A DNA stretch of 64,000 nt. Source: an uncultured Leptospirales bacterium. GTDB lineage: Bacteria > Spirochaetota > UBA4802 > UBA5550. Positions 19,869 through 27,814 of this stretch are shown in pieces. Under the pieces are notes generated by a model, which had not been told where the DNA came from, made no database searches, and saw only the letters and a list, made by a program, of their open reading frames with translations. The position numbers and the translations under genes were made by a program. The first letter of the stretch is position 1. Every line of letters begins with the position of its first letter. The stretch covers positions 69,610 to 133,609 of the forward strand of contig CAYVCQ010000010.1 in NCBI GenBank assembly GCA_964450405.1. The letters run 5' to 3'.

Positions 19869-20144
19869 ATGAAATACAATTTCGATAAATCTAAAAACGA
19901 ATTATTGATAAAAGAACGCGGTATATCATTTTATCAGGTCATAGAAACAATTGCCGAAAAGGGAATTTTATTAAATATTGAACATCCGAATAAAGTAAAA
20001 TTTCCGAATCAGTACATGCTTGTTATTGAATATGATAATTATACTTATTGTATCCCGTATGTTAAAAATAAAGATACAATATTTTTAAAAACAATTTTTC
20101 CAAATCGCGATTTTATGTATTTGTTAAAGGAGACTAAAAAATGA
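19869..20144 (+). CDS. BrnT-like (DUF497) type II toxin
   Basis: 91 aa. The N-terminal FDKSKNELLIKERGISFYQV fits the BrnT consensus (W/F-D-x-x-K-N-x-x-N-x-x-K-H-G-I-S-F). It overlaps the downstream gene by 4 nt (ATGA). Confidence 0.55.
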   Translation: MKYNFDKSKNELLIKERGISFYQVIETIAEKGILLNIEHPNKVKFPNQYMLVIEYDNYTYCIPYVKNKDTIFLKTIFPNRDFMYLLKETKK

Positions 20145-20431
20145 AAACTACAAAATATCTTGATAAAGAAGAACAGGAATTAATCGAATCATTTTCAAAT
20201 GTTGACAAAAAGGATTTAAAGCATCCGACAAAAAAGGATCAGCAGGTCTTTAAAAAAGCCGCCAGACAATATATTGCGAAAGAAACGAAGATGAATATTC
20301 GAATCGATCCATATGAATTGAAAATTATTAAAAAATTCGCAGATGAAGCTGGTTTGAAATACCAGACATTCATCAAAAGCATAGTTCATAAATACATCAC
20401 AGGTCAGCTTATTGAAAAGAGAACAAAATAA
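20141..20431 (+). CDS. BrnA-like (COG3514, RHH/CopG-type) antitoxin
   Basis: 96 aa. The C-terminal MNIRIDPYELKIIKKFADEAGLKYQTFIKSIVHKYI matches the BrnA ribbon-helix-helix pattern. It is translationally coupled to the toxin. Confidence 0.55.
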   Translation: MKTTKYLDKEEQELIESFSNVDKKDLKHPTKKDQQVFKKAARQYIAKETKMNIRIDPYELKIIKKFADEAGLKYQTFIKSIVHKYITGQLIEKRTK

Positions 20432-20549
20432 AGTAGACCCGCTTGTATTCCGTAGAATGATTAAATTTAATTTAAAAAAGCCGTATTGAAGGATTAATGA
20501 CATGTTTGTTATTGTATGAAACTTCCGATAACTTTCATTATGATCATTT

Positions 20550-20584
20550 AATACACAGAGAGGTATGTTAAATCTCTGTGTATT
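20550..20584 (+). terminator. Hairpin (11-bp stem AATACACAGAG / CTCTGTGTATT) followed by a T-rich run
   Basis: Inverted repeat seen about 120 nt downstream of the antitoxin stop. Confidence 0.45.
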
Positions 20585-20726
20585 ATCGTATTTTCCTAAT
20601 TAGATATAAGCCCCGCCGTGCTTCCTGTAGTTTCCAACTCGTAGTTTTTGAAACCACCCATTAATTTGACTTGATCCTGGAAATGTATTATCCGATAATA
20701 TAAATTAGAGAAATAATGCAAAAATT

Positions 20727-23102
20727 ATGAATAGAATATCTGGATATATATTAAACCTCTATTTCCGTTTTCCCGGGATAAGAATGTTTTTCATGATGAT
20801 GATTATTTTTATAATCTTCAGCATTATCAGTGTTGTGGTAATGATATCTGATGAAGTGAAAACAGATCCTGTGGGCTGGGATAAGATGAAAATACTCTCA
20901 CCCGCAGGTGTTACCGCAAGGAATGTTCATGCAGACCGCAAAGGTAATCTTGTAGCTGCAGTATTTGAAGGTGCTTCGAAGGGTAATACCGGAATATATG
21001 TAACTCTATCATTTGATGGAGGGACAAGTTTTATTGATTCTATAAAAATAGCTGATTTTAAATCTGAAATAAGCAACAGTCCCCGGATTGCAATTTCCAG
21101 TAAGGGTGAGATTTACGCCACCTGGTATGTTCTTTCAGGGGATGAATCAAACAGCAGTATATACTATTCGATGTCCGGTGATATGGGTGTCACATGGAGT
21201 GCGCCGGCTGTAATAACATTCGGCATGCAGATGGAGATACTCCCGGAACCGGCATTTGATGATCAGAACAGATTCCATCTGTTTTTTATATCATACAGCG
21301 GGAACAGTTTTAATCTTTTTCACACCAGAATGGATGAAAAAAAAGTATTCGATAAACCTGAACCTGTGGTAAAAATTAAAGGAAGTATCAAAGGAGCATT
21401 TTTTCCCGCAGTAAAATTTATTAAAAATTATATCATTGTGGTGTGCCAGGGGAAGGAGGAGAGCTACTCGGATCATCTGTTCTTTACAATTTCTGATAAT
21501 TACGGCGGCAGCTGGAGCGGAGTTGAAAAACTAACTTCAGGGAAGTTTAATAATCAGGCCCCGTCAATCGAAGTATATGATGATATAATTTATCTTGTTT
21601 ACATGAGCAACAGTGACAAGAACTGGAGCATCAACATGCTTCGAGGGTACAGACTTGGAGAAAGATGGGACCCGGCACCTTTAAAAATTTCCACAACAAA
21701 TGCAAACTGCTACTCTCCGGATATTGCAAGTTCACCGGATAACGAACTGTTTATCACGTGGCATGATCTCCGCGAAAAAGGGAGCAGGATTTTTTATAGA
21801 AAATACTCCGTCAAAACAAAGGAACTTCTTCCTGAAAGCAAACTCTCGGTAAAACAGACTGCCGGAAGAAATCCTCTCTGTGTAAGTACTGCAAAAAAAC
21901 TTGTGGTGTTATGGGAGGAGGGTGGAAGGATTGCAGCAAACTATAGTGATACATATGTTGCTGCACCTGCAGTTTTTTCTTCAACTCACAGGGAGGACAA
22001 GTGGAGCAGGGAAAATTCAGCAGTAATAAACTGGAAAAAACCCTTTGATGAATCGGGAATTGCCGGCTACGCAGCAATTACAGATAAGAATCCATATACA
22101 AATCCGACAATACAGAACCAGCGGAGTGATTCATCCAGCATTCTTGTCACAGGTCTTGATGATGGAATAACATATTTTCATATAAGAGCGATTGACGGCG
22201 CTGGAAATATGAGCCGCACAGTTCACTACAGACTTCAGGTAAGTTCTAATCCGCTTGCAATGCCGATTGTAATATCTACAACACATCCGGAGAACGGAAA
22301 TTCTCCGGCAACTGATGCTGTTTTCAGATGGGCTGTAAATGATTCCAGAAGATTAAAAGGATTTGTATACAGCATATCAAAAGATACCGCTCTCAAGCCG
22401 GAAAAGTTTATTAAAGACTTTGAGATTAAATTCAGCGAGCTTGAGAATGGGGTGTATTATTTCAATATAGCAGCAGTGAGTACAACAGATCAATTCAGCA
22501 GGATTTCAACATATAGTTTTGTTGTTGGTGAAGGTTCAATTAATACAGATTATTTAAAGAATCTGGCAAATAAAGATTACGATAAGGGTGAGAAGAGAAA
22601 AATTATTTATCTCCCCGCCCTGGAAGTGAATCTTCCTTTTGGAGATACAGGTAAATATAATATCGGGAGTTTCACTGCGCTGCTGAAACCGCTTAATATT
22701 GCACTTGAGAATGTCAGCGGGTATTCTGTGGTTATAGGAAACGAAAAAAAAGTTCCAGCCGATAAAATAAATCTGATGTCCGGTGTTTTGAACATTGCAG
22801 GGCTGAGTAAGGGAAATTATACCCTTGGTATTAAATGCCGGTATTTTAAAATTGTTAACGGAAGAAAAAAGTACTTCTGGACCGAGCCGGTCTACAGGAG
22901 TTTTACAATTGCTCCCGATCCGGTAATCACACCCTTTGATAGAATTTATGCCAGATTGATGAAAAAATTCAATTCATCCCCGATTGTTTTTTCAATGATT
23001 ATATTTCTATTTTCAGCTACAGTTGTCTACAGAGGATATGGAAATAGAATCAGTTTTTATCTGAAAATGGTTAACTACAAAGTTAAGTATTATTTCGGTT
23101 AA
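20727..23102 (+). CDS. Membrane-anchored BNR/Asp-box repeat protein (sialidase-like beta-propeller) with Ig/Fn3-like distal domains and a C-terminal TM helix
   Basis: N-terminal TM helix. Several Asp-box motifs (SFDGGTSF, SGDMGVTWS, SDNYGGSWS). A beta-rich C-terminal half. The terminal hydrophobic segment is SPIVFSMIIFLFSATVV. Confidence 0.6.
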   Translation: MNRISGYILNLYFRFPGIRMFFMMMIIFIIFSIISVVVMISDEVKTDPVGWDKMKILSPAGVTARNVHADRKGNLVAAVFEGASKGNTGIYVTLSFDGGTSFIDSIKIADFKSEISNSPRIAISSKGEIYATWYVLSGDESNSSIYYSMSGDMGVTWSAPAVITFGMQMEILPEPAFDDQNRFHLFFISYSGNSFNLFHTRMDEKKVFDKPEPVVKIKGSIKGAFFPAVKFIKNYIIVVCQGKEESYSDHLFFTISDNYGGSWSGVEKLTSGKFNNQAPSIEVYDDIIYLVYMSNSDKNWSINMLRGYRLGERWDPAPLKISTTNANCYSPDIASSPDNELFITWHDLREKGSRIFYRKYSVKTKELLPESKLSVKQTAGRNPLCVSTAKKLVVLWEEGGRIAANYSDTYVAAPAVFSSTHREDKWSRENSAVINWKKPFDESGIAGYAAITDKNPYTNPTIQNQRSDSSSILVTGLDDGITYFHIRAIDGAGNMSRTVHYRLQVSSNPLAMPIVISTTHPENGNSPATDAVFRWAVNDSRRLKGFVYSISKDTALKPEKFIKDFEIKFSELENGVYYFNIAAVSTTDQFSRISTYSFVVGEGSINTDYLKNLANKDYDKGEKRKIIYLPALEVNLPFGDTGKYNIGSFTALLKPLNIALENVSGYSVVIGNEKKVPADKINLMSGVLNIAGLSKGNYTLGIKCRYFKIVNGRKKYFWTEPVYRSFTIAPDPVITPFDRIYARLMKKFNSSPIVFSMIIFLFSATVVYRGYGNRISFYLKMVNYKVKYYFG

Positions 23103-23271
23103 GGTTTAACTCTAAGTGCTTCGGAGCTGTATTTTCCTGCCGGTTTTTTAGCAGTTACGGTATAATTTCAATTATTTCTTTAACAATTGATTGATATTTT
23201 TTTCGTATATGGTATAAGAGTTATAATTATAACTTCTTATGTTAATATTTGTACGATAATATAATAACTTT

Positions 23272-25245
23272 ATGAAAACAAAAATAAAAACATATAATAT
23301 TATTCCGGCATTGCTGATGGCGGCACTGTTTTTAACTCCGCTGCCGATTTATACGCAGAGTACAGATGAGATGAACAGACAGGCACAGGAATATTTTGAT
23401 AATAAAGAGTTTTCAAAAGCCGCTGCTCTGTGGCTGAATATCCTTGATATTGATCCGAACAATATGGAGGTTCAGAAAAAGGTTGAGTTTCTTTATGAAT
23501 CGAAGCAGAAAAAAGACCTTGAACTCGAAAAATCAAAAATGAACTACAAAATTGCCAAAAGGGAGATTGTTAAGAATTTTACTCAAGGTGTATCCTTTGA
23601 GTCTGCTGAGGAAAATCTCAATGCGTCGAGAGAGAAGGCAAAAGTAGCATTTGAGAGTTTTATTATTGCATATAGAATTGATCCCAAAGATGCAGATATG
23701 CAGTTAATCCGGGAGGATATGCAGAAGCTAGAAAAGATAATAGCCTCTGAAAATAAGAGACTTGCATTATCCAAAGAGCAGCGTGAAAAAGCAAAAGCTC
23801 TGACGATTCTTGCAAATGCTGCCATGGATGAATCCAGATACCCGGACGCTCTTGGATACTGGAAAGAGATAATCTCATTTATGCCTGAAAACATCGATGC
23901 TGTCGAGGGTAAAAGGCAGTGCGAAATTGCAATAGATAACATTATCAGATACGAAAGCATAAAGAAATTTCTGGCCAGCGGAAAGAGTTTTTTTGAGCTG
24001 AATAGTTTTAAACTTGCACGTGATGATTTTATGAATGTTCTCCAGCTTGATCCGGAGAATACTGCTGCTCAGGATTATATTGAGAAAATAGAAGAAATAT
24101 TAAACAGCAAGAAAAAATACGAGCAGAGACTCAGAGAGGCCGAAACATTTTATATATCCGGTGTAAAAAATTTAAAAGATAATAAATTTGATGAAGCAAG
24201 AGATGAACTGGAAAATACCATTACTCTGATTGCAAATTATAAGGACGCTAAAGAAAAACTTGCAAGTATTCCCAGATTGAAACTTGAATTTGAAAGAAGA
24301 GAAAAAGAAAAAAGATTAAAACAGATAAATGAAGAGTTTCAGAGCGGTCTGATAGCTCTTGCCGATTTAAAATATCAGGATGCTATTTCCGCTTTTGAAA
24401 ATACTTTAAAACTCGATCCGGGAAACAAATTGGCGCCTATTTATATACTAAGGGCGAAGGACGCACAGAAGCTTGTGGAAGAGGAGGTTGTTGATGAAAA
24501 CTCCACCTATTATGATCTGGTAAATTCTCTTGTTGTGTCGGGCCGCCGGCTTTTTGAAACGGGTAAATATGAAGAATCAAAAAAAAGATGGAATCAGATT
24601 CTCGAACTGTTTCCATCTAACAGGCTGGCTAATGAATATATTTTCAAGTGTGAATTAAGACTCAATCCGGCGGAGGGTGATGCAGTAGTAAAAAAAATTG
24701 TTATTGAGGGTGAGGATTTTCTGAAAAAAAGGGAGTACAGAAATGCCTACAGAAAATTTGAACTGGTTAAATCTATATATCCCGATTATCCGGATATACA
24801 GAATCTGCTGAAAAAAGCAGAGAGAGAACAGACCTTTACGGGAACTGCTGCATTAACCCAGGAAGAGAAGGGTGATCTGGATCGAAGATATAATCTCGGT
24901 ATGGCATATTATCAAAAGGGCGGAGATGACAATTTAAAGAAAGCATTAGTTGAACTCAAATGGGTTGCCGCGAAGGATCCTAATAATATCAAGGCGGTTG
25001 TTGCTGTTAATAAAATTGAATCACAGTCAAGGGCCGGGTCAACTACAGCGAAGAGTGAAGGTTCCAAGCTTACTCCGGAACAGGAGATTTTAGTTAGAAA
25101 GTTTTATTATAACGGAATTAATTATTATTCTAATAACGATTTCAAGAGGGCAATTGCCGAGTGGAGAAAAGTAATTGCAATTGACCCAAATCATACAAGG
25201 GCAAAAAATAATATAAGAAAATGTCTGGCGCTGCTGGGTCAGTAG
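23272..25245 (+). CDS. Secreted tetratricopeptide (TPR) repeat protein
   Basis: Signal peptide, and repeated TPR-like 34-aa helical units (A...Y......A...L...P.N). Confidence 0.65.
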   Translation: MKTKIKTYNIIPALLMAALFLTPLPIYTQSTDEMNRQAQEYFDNKEFSKAAALWLNILDIDPNNMEVQKKVEFLYESKQKKDLELEKSKMNYKIAKREIVKNFTQGVSFESAEENLNASREKAKVAFESFIIAYRIDPKDADMQLIREDMQKLEKIIASENKRLALSKEQREKAKALTILANAAMDESRYPDALGYWKEIISFMPENIDAVEGKRQCEIAIDNIIRYESIKKFLASGKSFFELNSFKLARDDFMNVLQLDPENTAAQDYIEKIEEILNSKKKYEQRLREAETFYISGVKNLKDNKFDEARDELENTITLIANYKDAKEKLASIPRLKLEFERREKEKRLKQINEEFQSGLIALADLKYQDAISAFENTLKLDPGNKLAPIYILRAKDAQKLVEEEVVDENSTYYDLVNSLVVSGRRLFETGKYEESKKRWNQILELFPSNRLANEYIFKCELRLNPAEGDAVVKKIVIEGEDFLKKREYRNAYRKFELVKSIYPDYPDIQNLLKKAEREQTFTGTAALTQEEKGDLDRRYNLGMAYYQKGGDDNLKKALVELKWVAAKDPNNIKAVVAVNKIESQSRAGSTTAKSEGSKLTPEQEILVRKFYYNGINYYSNNDFKRAIAEWRKVIAIDPNHTRAKNNIRKCLALLGQ

Positions 25246-25360
25246 GTATAAAAGGTTTTAATTATAATCTGGATGTAGTTGTTGTATAAGTTACCTGTTA
25301 ATTTAAAGTTTATATAGTTGCATATTGATTTTGTAAAAAAAATTATGAGGTTATAGTATG

Positions 25361-25533
25361 CTTCGACAGGCTCAGAATGACAAATAGAATGATAATCAGT
25401 ATGACAAATAGAATGACAAACAGCAGGACAGATAGAATGACAAGCTCAGAATAATAATCAGCATAACAGGCAGTATGACAAATAGAAAGACAAACAGAAT
25501 GAAAAATGGTTTGTCACCCTGAGCCTGTCGAAG
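25361..25533. repeat. Composite repeat: 15-bp inverted repeats (CTTCGACAGGCTCAG / CTGAGCCTGTCGAAG) bracketing about 11 tandem 12-nt units (consensus AATGACAAATAG)
   Basis: Seen directly in the sequence. It lies 53 bp upstream of the RsbU-like sensor gene. Its GAATGACA core also occurs at the MITE termini (1333-1492, 29262-29364). Confidence 0.75.
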
Positions 25534-25586
25534 GGAGACTTGTTTAACTGATTGAAAAAACACTGATTAGAAAAGGATACTATAAG

Positions 25587-27161
25587 ATGAAAGAAGATTC
25601 TTCAAAGATTAAGCATTCTGCAGATAAGCCTGCACATAAAAAAATCAGATTCGGGATAAGTCTTAAGTTTTCTCTTGCGATCATTGCCCTTGTATCTGTT
25701 ATTATATTAACCATTGCAGTATTTATTGTATACAGGGAGAGCGGTCTTTTTAAAGAACAGGTTTTTAATTTTACTAAAAGGGAGATTGTTCATCTTGGGA
25801 ATACCGCTCAGCAGACTATAGGCTATGAAGAACTAACTCTTTCAGATGCAGTAAATGAATTGAAGAAAATTGACTATTACAAATATGTTTTTGTTCTGGG
25901 GAGTAATAATGAAGTGCTATATTACTTTGACAGAAGAGGGCCGGAGGGTGATGTAAAGCATGAAGTCAGAAAACAATTCAACGATTCGATAGTAAGAAAT
26001 CTTGATAATAGAACTGATCATGACTCTATTGATATCCTTGAGAACAAAGATGCTGCATCAAAAGGGGCGATTTTCGATTTTTCTAAAGTCGTCTACAACA
26101 GAGCAGATAGTAAGAAAAAATCAGGTGTTGTAATTATAGGAATGTCGGATATAATAATCCGTAATGAAATTGCAAATATTAAGCGTCTTATAATGTTTAT
26201 TTTCCTCGGCTACATGGTTATCTCCACAATCGGAGCAGTTATCCTATCACTTATCATTATCAGACCGATTAAAAAAATATCATATGGTGCGTCGGTAATC
26301 GGGAAGGGGGATTTTTCTTATAGGATAGAAGTAAACAGTTCTGATGAATTGGGGGTGCTTGCCTCGGAATTCAATCAGATGACGGAGATGATTCAGGATT
26401 CGAAGGAAAAGGAGATTGAATCACGGATTATGAATGAACAGCTGGAGATTGCCCGGGATATTCAGGAAGGGCTTAATCCAATGGGTTATTACAATAAAAA
26501 AGGGATACAGATAAAGGGTAATACAAAAGCAGCTAAAGGGGTAGGAGGGGATTATTTCGATTACATAGATATTGATGAAAACAGAGTATGTGCACTCATT
26601 AGTGACGTATCTGGTAAAGGTGTACCGGCATCTCTGGTAATGGTTATGATTCGAACCGTTTTTACATCATATATTACAAGAAAGGATATTGACTGTGCAA
26701 GTGTTGTGAAGGCGATTAATGATTCTCTCAGTGCAGACTTCGCCATAGATAAATTTGCCACGCTGTTTTTTATGATTTATAACAGGGAAACAGAGGAACT
26801 GTCATTTTCAAATGCAGGTCATGGTCCGCTTTTCTGCTACAGAGCTGCTGAGAATGTCTGCACCAGAACATCACTTGACGGGGTTCCAATTGGTATTATG
26901 GATGAAGTGGATTATAAACAGGCTAAGGTTAAGCTGCATCCGGGAGATATGGTTGTTCTTTATACTGATGGTATTACGGAAATGAGGAATAGTTCCAAAG
27001 AGGAATACGGATTGGGGAGAGTCCATAAGTTGATGATGGAAAATCACCATTTAAGTGCCGAGGATTTTCTTGCGCTTCTTATTAGTGAAGTGGAAGTATT
27101 CCGTGGGGAAACTCCTCCTCATGATGATACTACGGCAATGGTATTTAAACGTGATAAATAA
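25587..27161 (+). CDS. Membrane sensor with HAMP and a PP2C-type Ser/Thr phosphatase domain (RsbU/SpoIIE family)
   Basis: Two TM helices flank a periplasmic domain. HAMP-like linker. C-terminal SpoIIE signature (GVGGDYFDYI ... LISDVSGKGVPASLVMV ... LYTDGITE ... HDDTTAMVFK). Confidence 0.8.
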   Translation: MKEDSSKIKHSADKPAHKKIRFGISLKFSLAIIALVSVIILTIAVFIVYRESGLFKEQVFNFTKREIVHLGNTAQQTIGYEELTLSDAVNELKKIDYYKYVFVLGSNNEVLYYFDRRGPEGDVKHEVRKQFNDSIVRNLDNRTDHDSIDILENKDAASKGAIFDFSKVVYNRADSKKKSGVVIIGMSDIIIRNEIANIKRLIMFIFLGYMVISTIGAVILSLIIIRPIKKISYGASVIGKGDFSYRIEVNSSDELGVLASEFNQMTEMIQDSKEKEIESRIMNEQLEIARDIQEGLNPMGYYNKKGIQIKGNTKAAKGVGGDYFDYIDIDENRVCALISDVSGKGVPASLVMVMIRTVFTSYITRKDIDCASVVKAINDSLSADFAIDKFATLFFMIYNRETEELSFSNAGHGPLFCYRAAENVCTRTSLDGVPIGIMDEVDYKQAKVKLHPGDMVVLYTDGITEMRNSSKEEYGLGRVHKLMMENHHLSAEDFLALLISEVEVFRGETPPHDDTTAMVFKRDK

Positions 27162-27190
27162 ATAATTGTTAATAAACCAGTGGTATTTTA

Positions 27191-27220
27191 TCTCCGCCGC
27201 GCCTTAGGCGCGGCGGAGAG
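27191..27220. terminator. Perfect GC-rich hairpin (TCTCCGCCGCGCC-TTAG-GGCGCGGCGGAGA) between convergent genes
   Basis: 13-bp perfect stem seen 30 nt after the sensor gene's stop. It is a member of the CGCGCC...GGCGCG hairpin family. Confidence 0.55.
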
Positions 27221-27250
27221 TAATTTCAGCACCAGTTTTTGAGTAGATAT

Positions 27251-27286
27251 AAAAAAACCGGTTTAATAACCGGTTTTTAATTTTTT
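27251..27286. terminator. Bidirectional intrinsic terminator (AAAAAACCGGTT-TAAT-AACCGGTTTTT with flanking A- and T-tracts)
   Basis: Stem-loop with an A-run on one side and a T-run on the other. It sits between convergent genes (+ sensor, - STAS). Confidence 0.6.
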
Positions 27287-27302
27287 AGTTTAAATAGTAT
27301 TC

Positions 27303-27626
27303 TTACAACAGTTCATCTTCTGAGTCATAAATTGTAAAAAATTTATCAAGAGTAGCCAGTTTTAAAATGTTCAAAACATCATCGTGTATGTTCATAAGAG
27401 CAAATTTGCCATTATGAGCTTTCATTTTTTTCATGCCTGCAACAAGCGCACCTATACCGGATGAATCCATATAGTTCACTTTTTTCATGTCAACAATAAC
27501 ACTATTATGCTGTCCATCGGTTATGCTGAAAAGGGCTTTTTTTAATTCACTGACATTATATAGATCGACTTCGCCGCTTACGTCGATTATTTTATGTTCA
27601 CTAAAGTCTCTAAATTCGATGTTCAC
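27303..27626 (-). CDS. STAS-domain anti-sigma-factor antagonist (RsbV/SpoIIAA family)
   Basis: 107 aa with the STAS consensus, including the phosphorylatable Ser in the YMDSSGIG motif. It is a paralog of the gene at 58422-58769. Confidence 0.85.
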   Translation of the reverse strand: MNIEFRDFSEHKIIDVSGEVDLYNVSELKKALFSITDGQHNSVIVDMKKVNYMDSSGIGALVAGMKKMKAHNGKFALMNIHDDVLNILKLATLDKFFTIYDSEDELL

Positions 27627-27814
27627 GAATTCCTCCGAATTTAATTATCACTTTACTCTGTTATAACGGGTTTTATTTGTAAAGTAATAATTTTATTAAT
27701 GCATTTGATAGATAAAATATTTTAAAATATTCTTAAATTGCTTTTGATCAGTTATAAAAAACGGAATTATAATATTACTTGTTTACTAATAGTACATTTA
27801 AGATACAATCATTT

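Noticed and set aside
20216-20503. 95-aa minus-strand ORF overlapping the BrnA-like antitoxin
   Set aside because: Antisense to a gene with a convincing RHH antitoxin pattern and translational coupling. Its sequence is rich in rare residues and has no motif.
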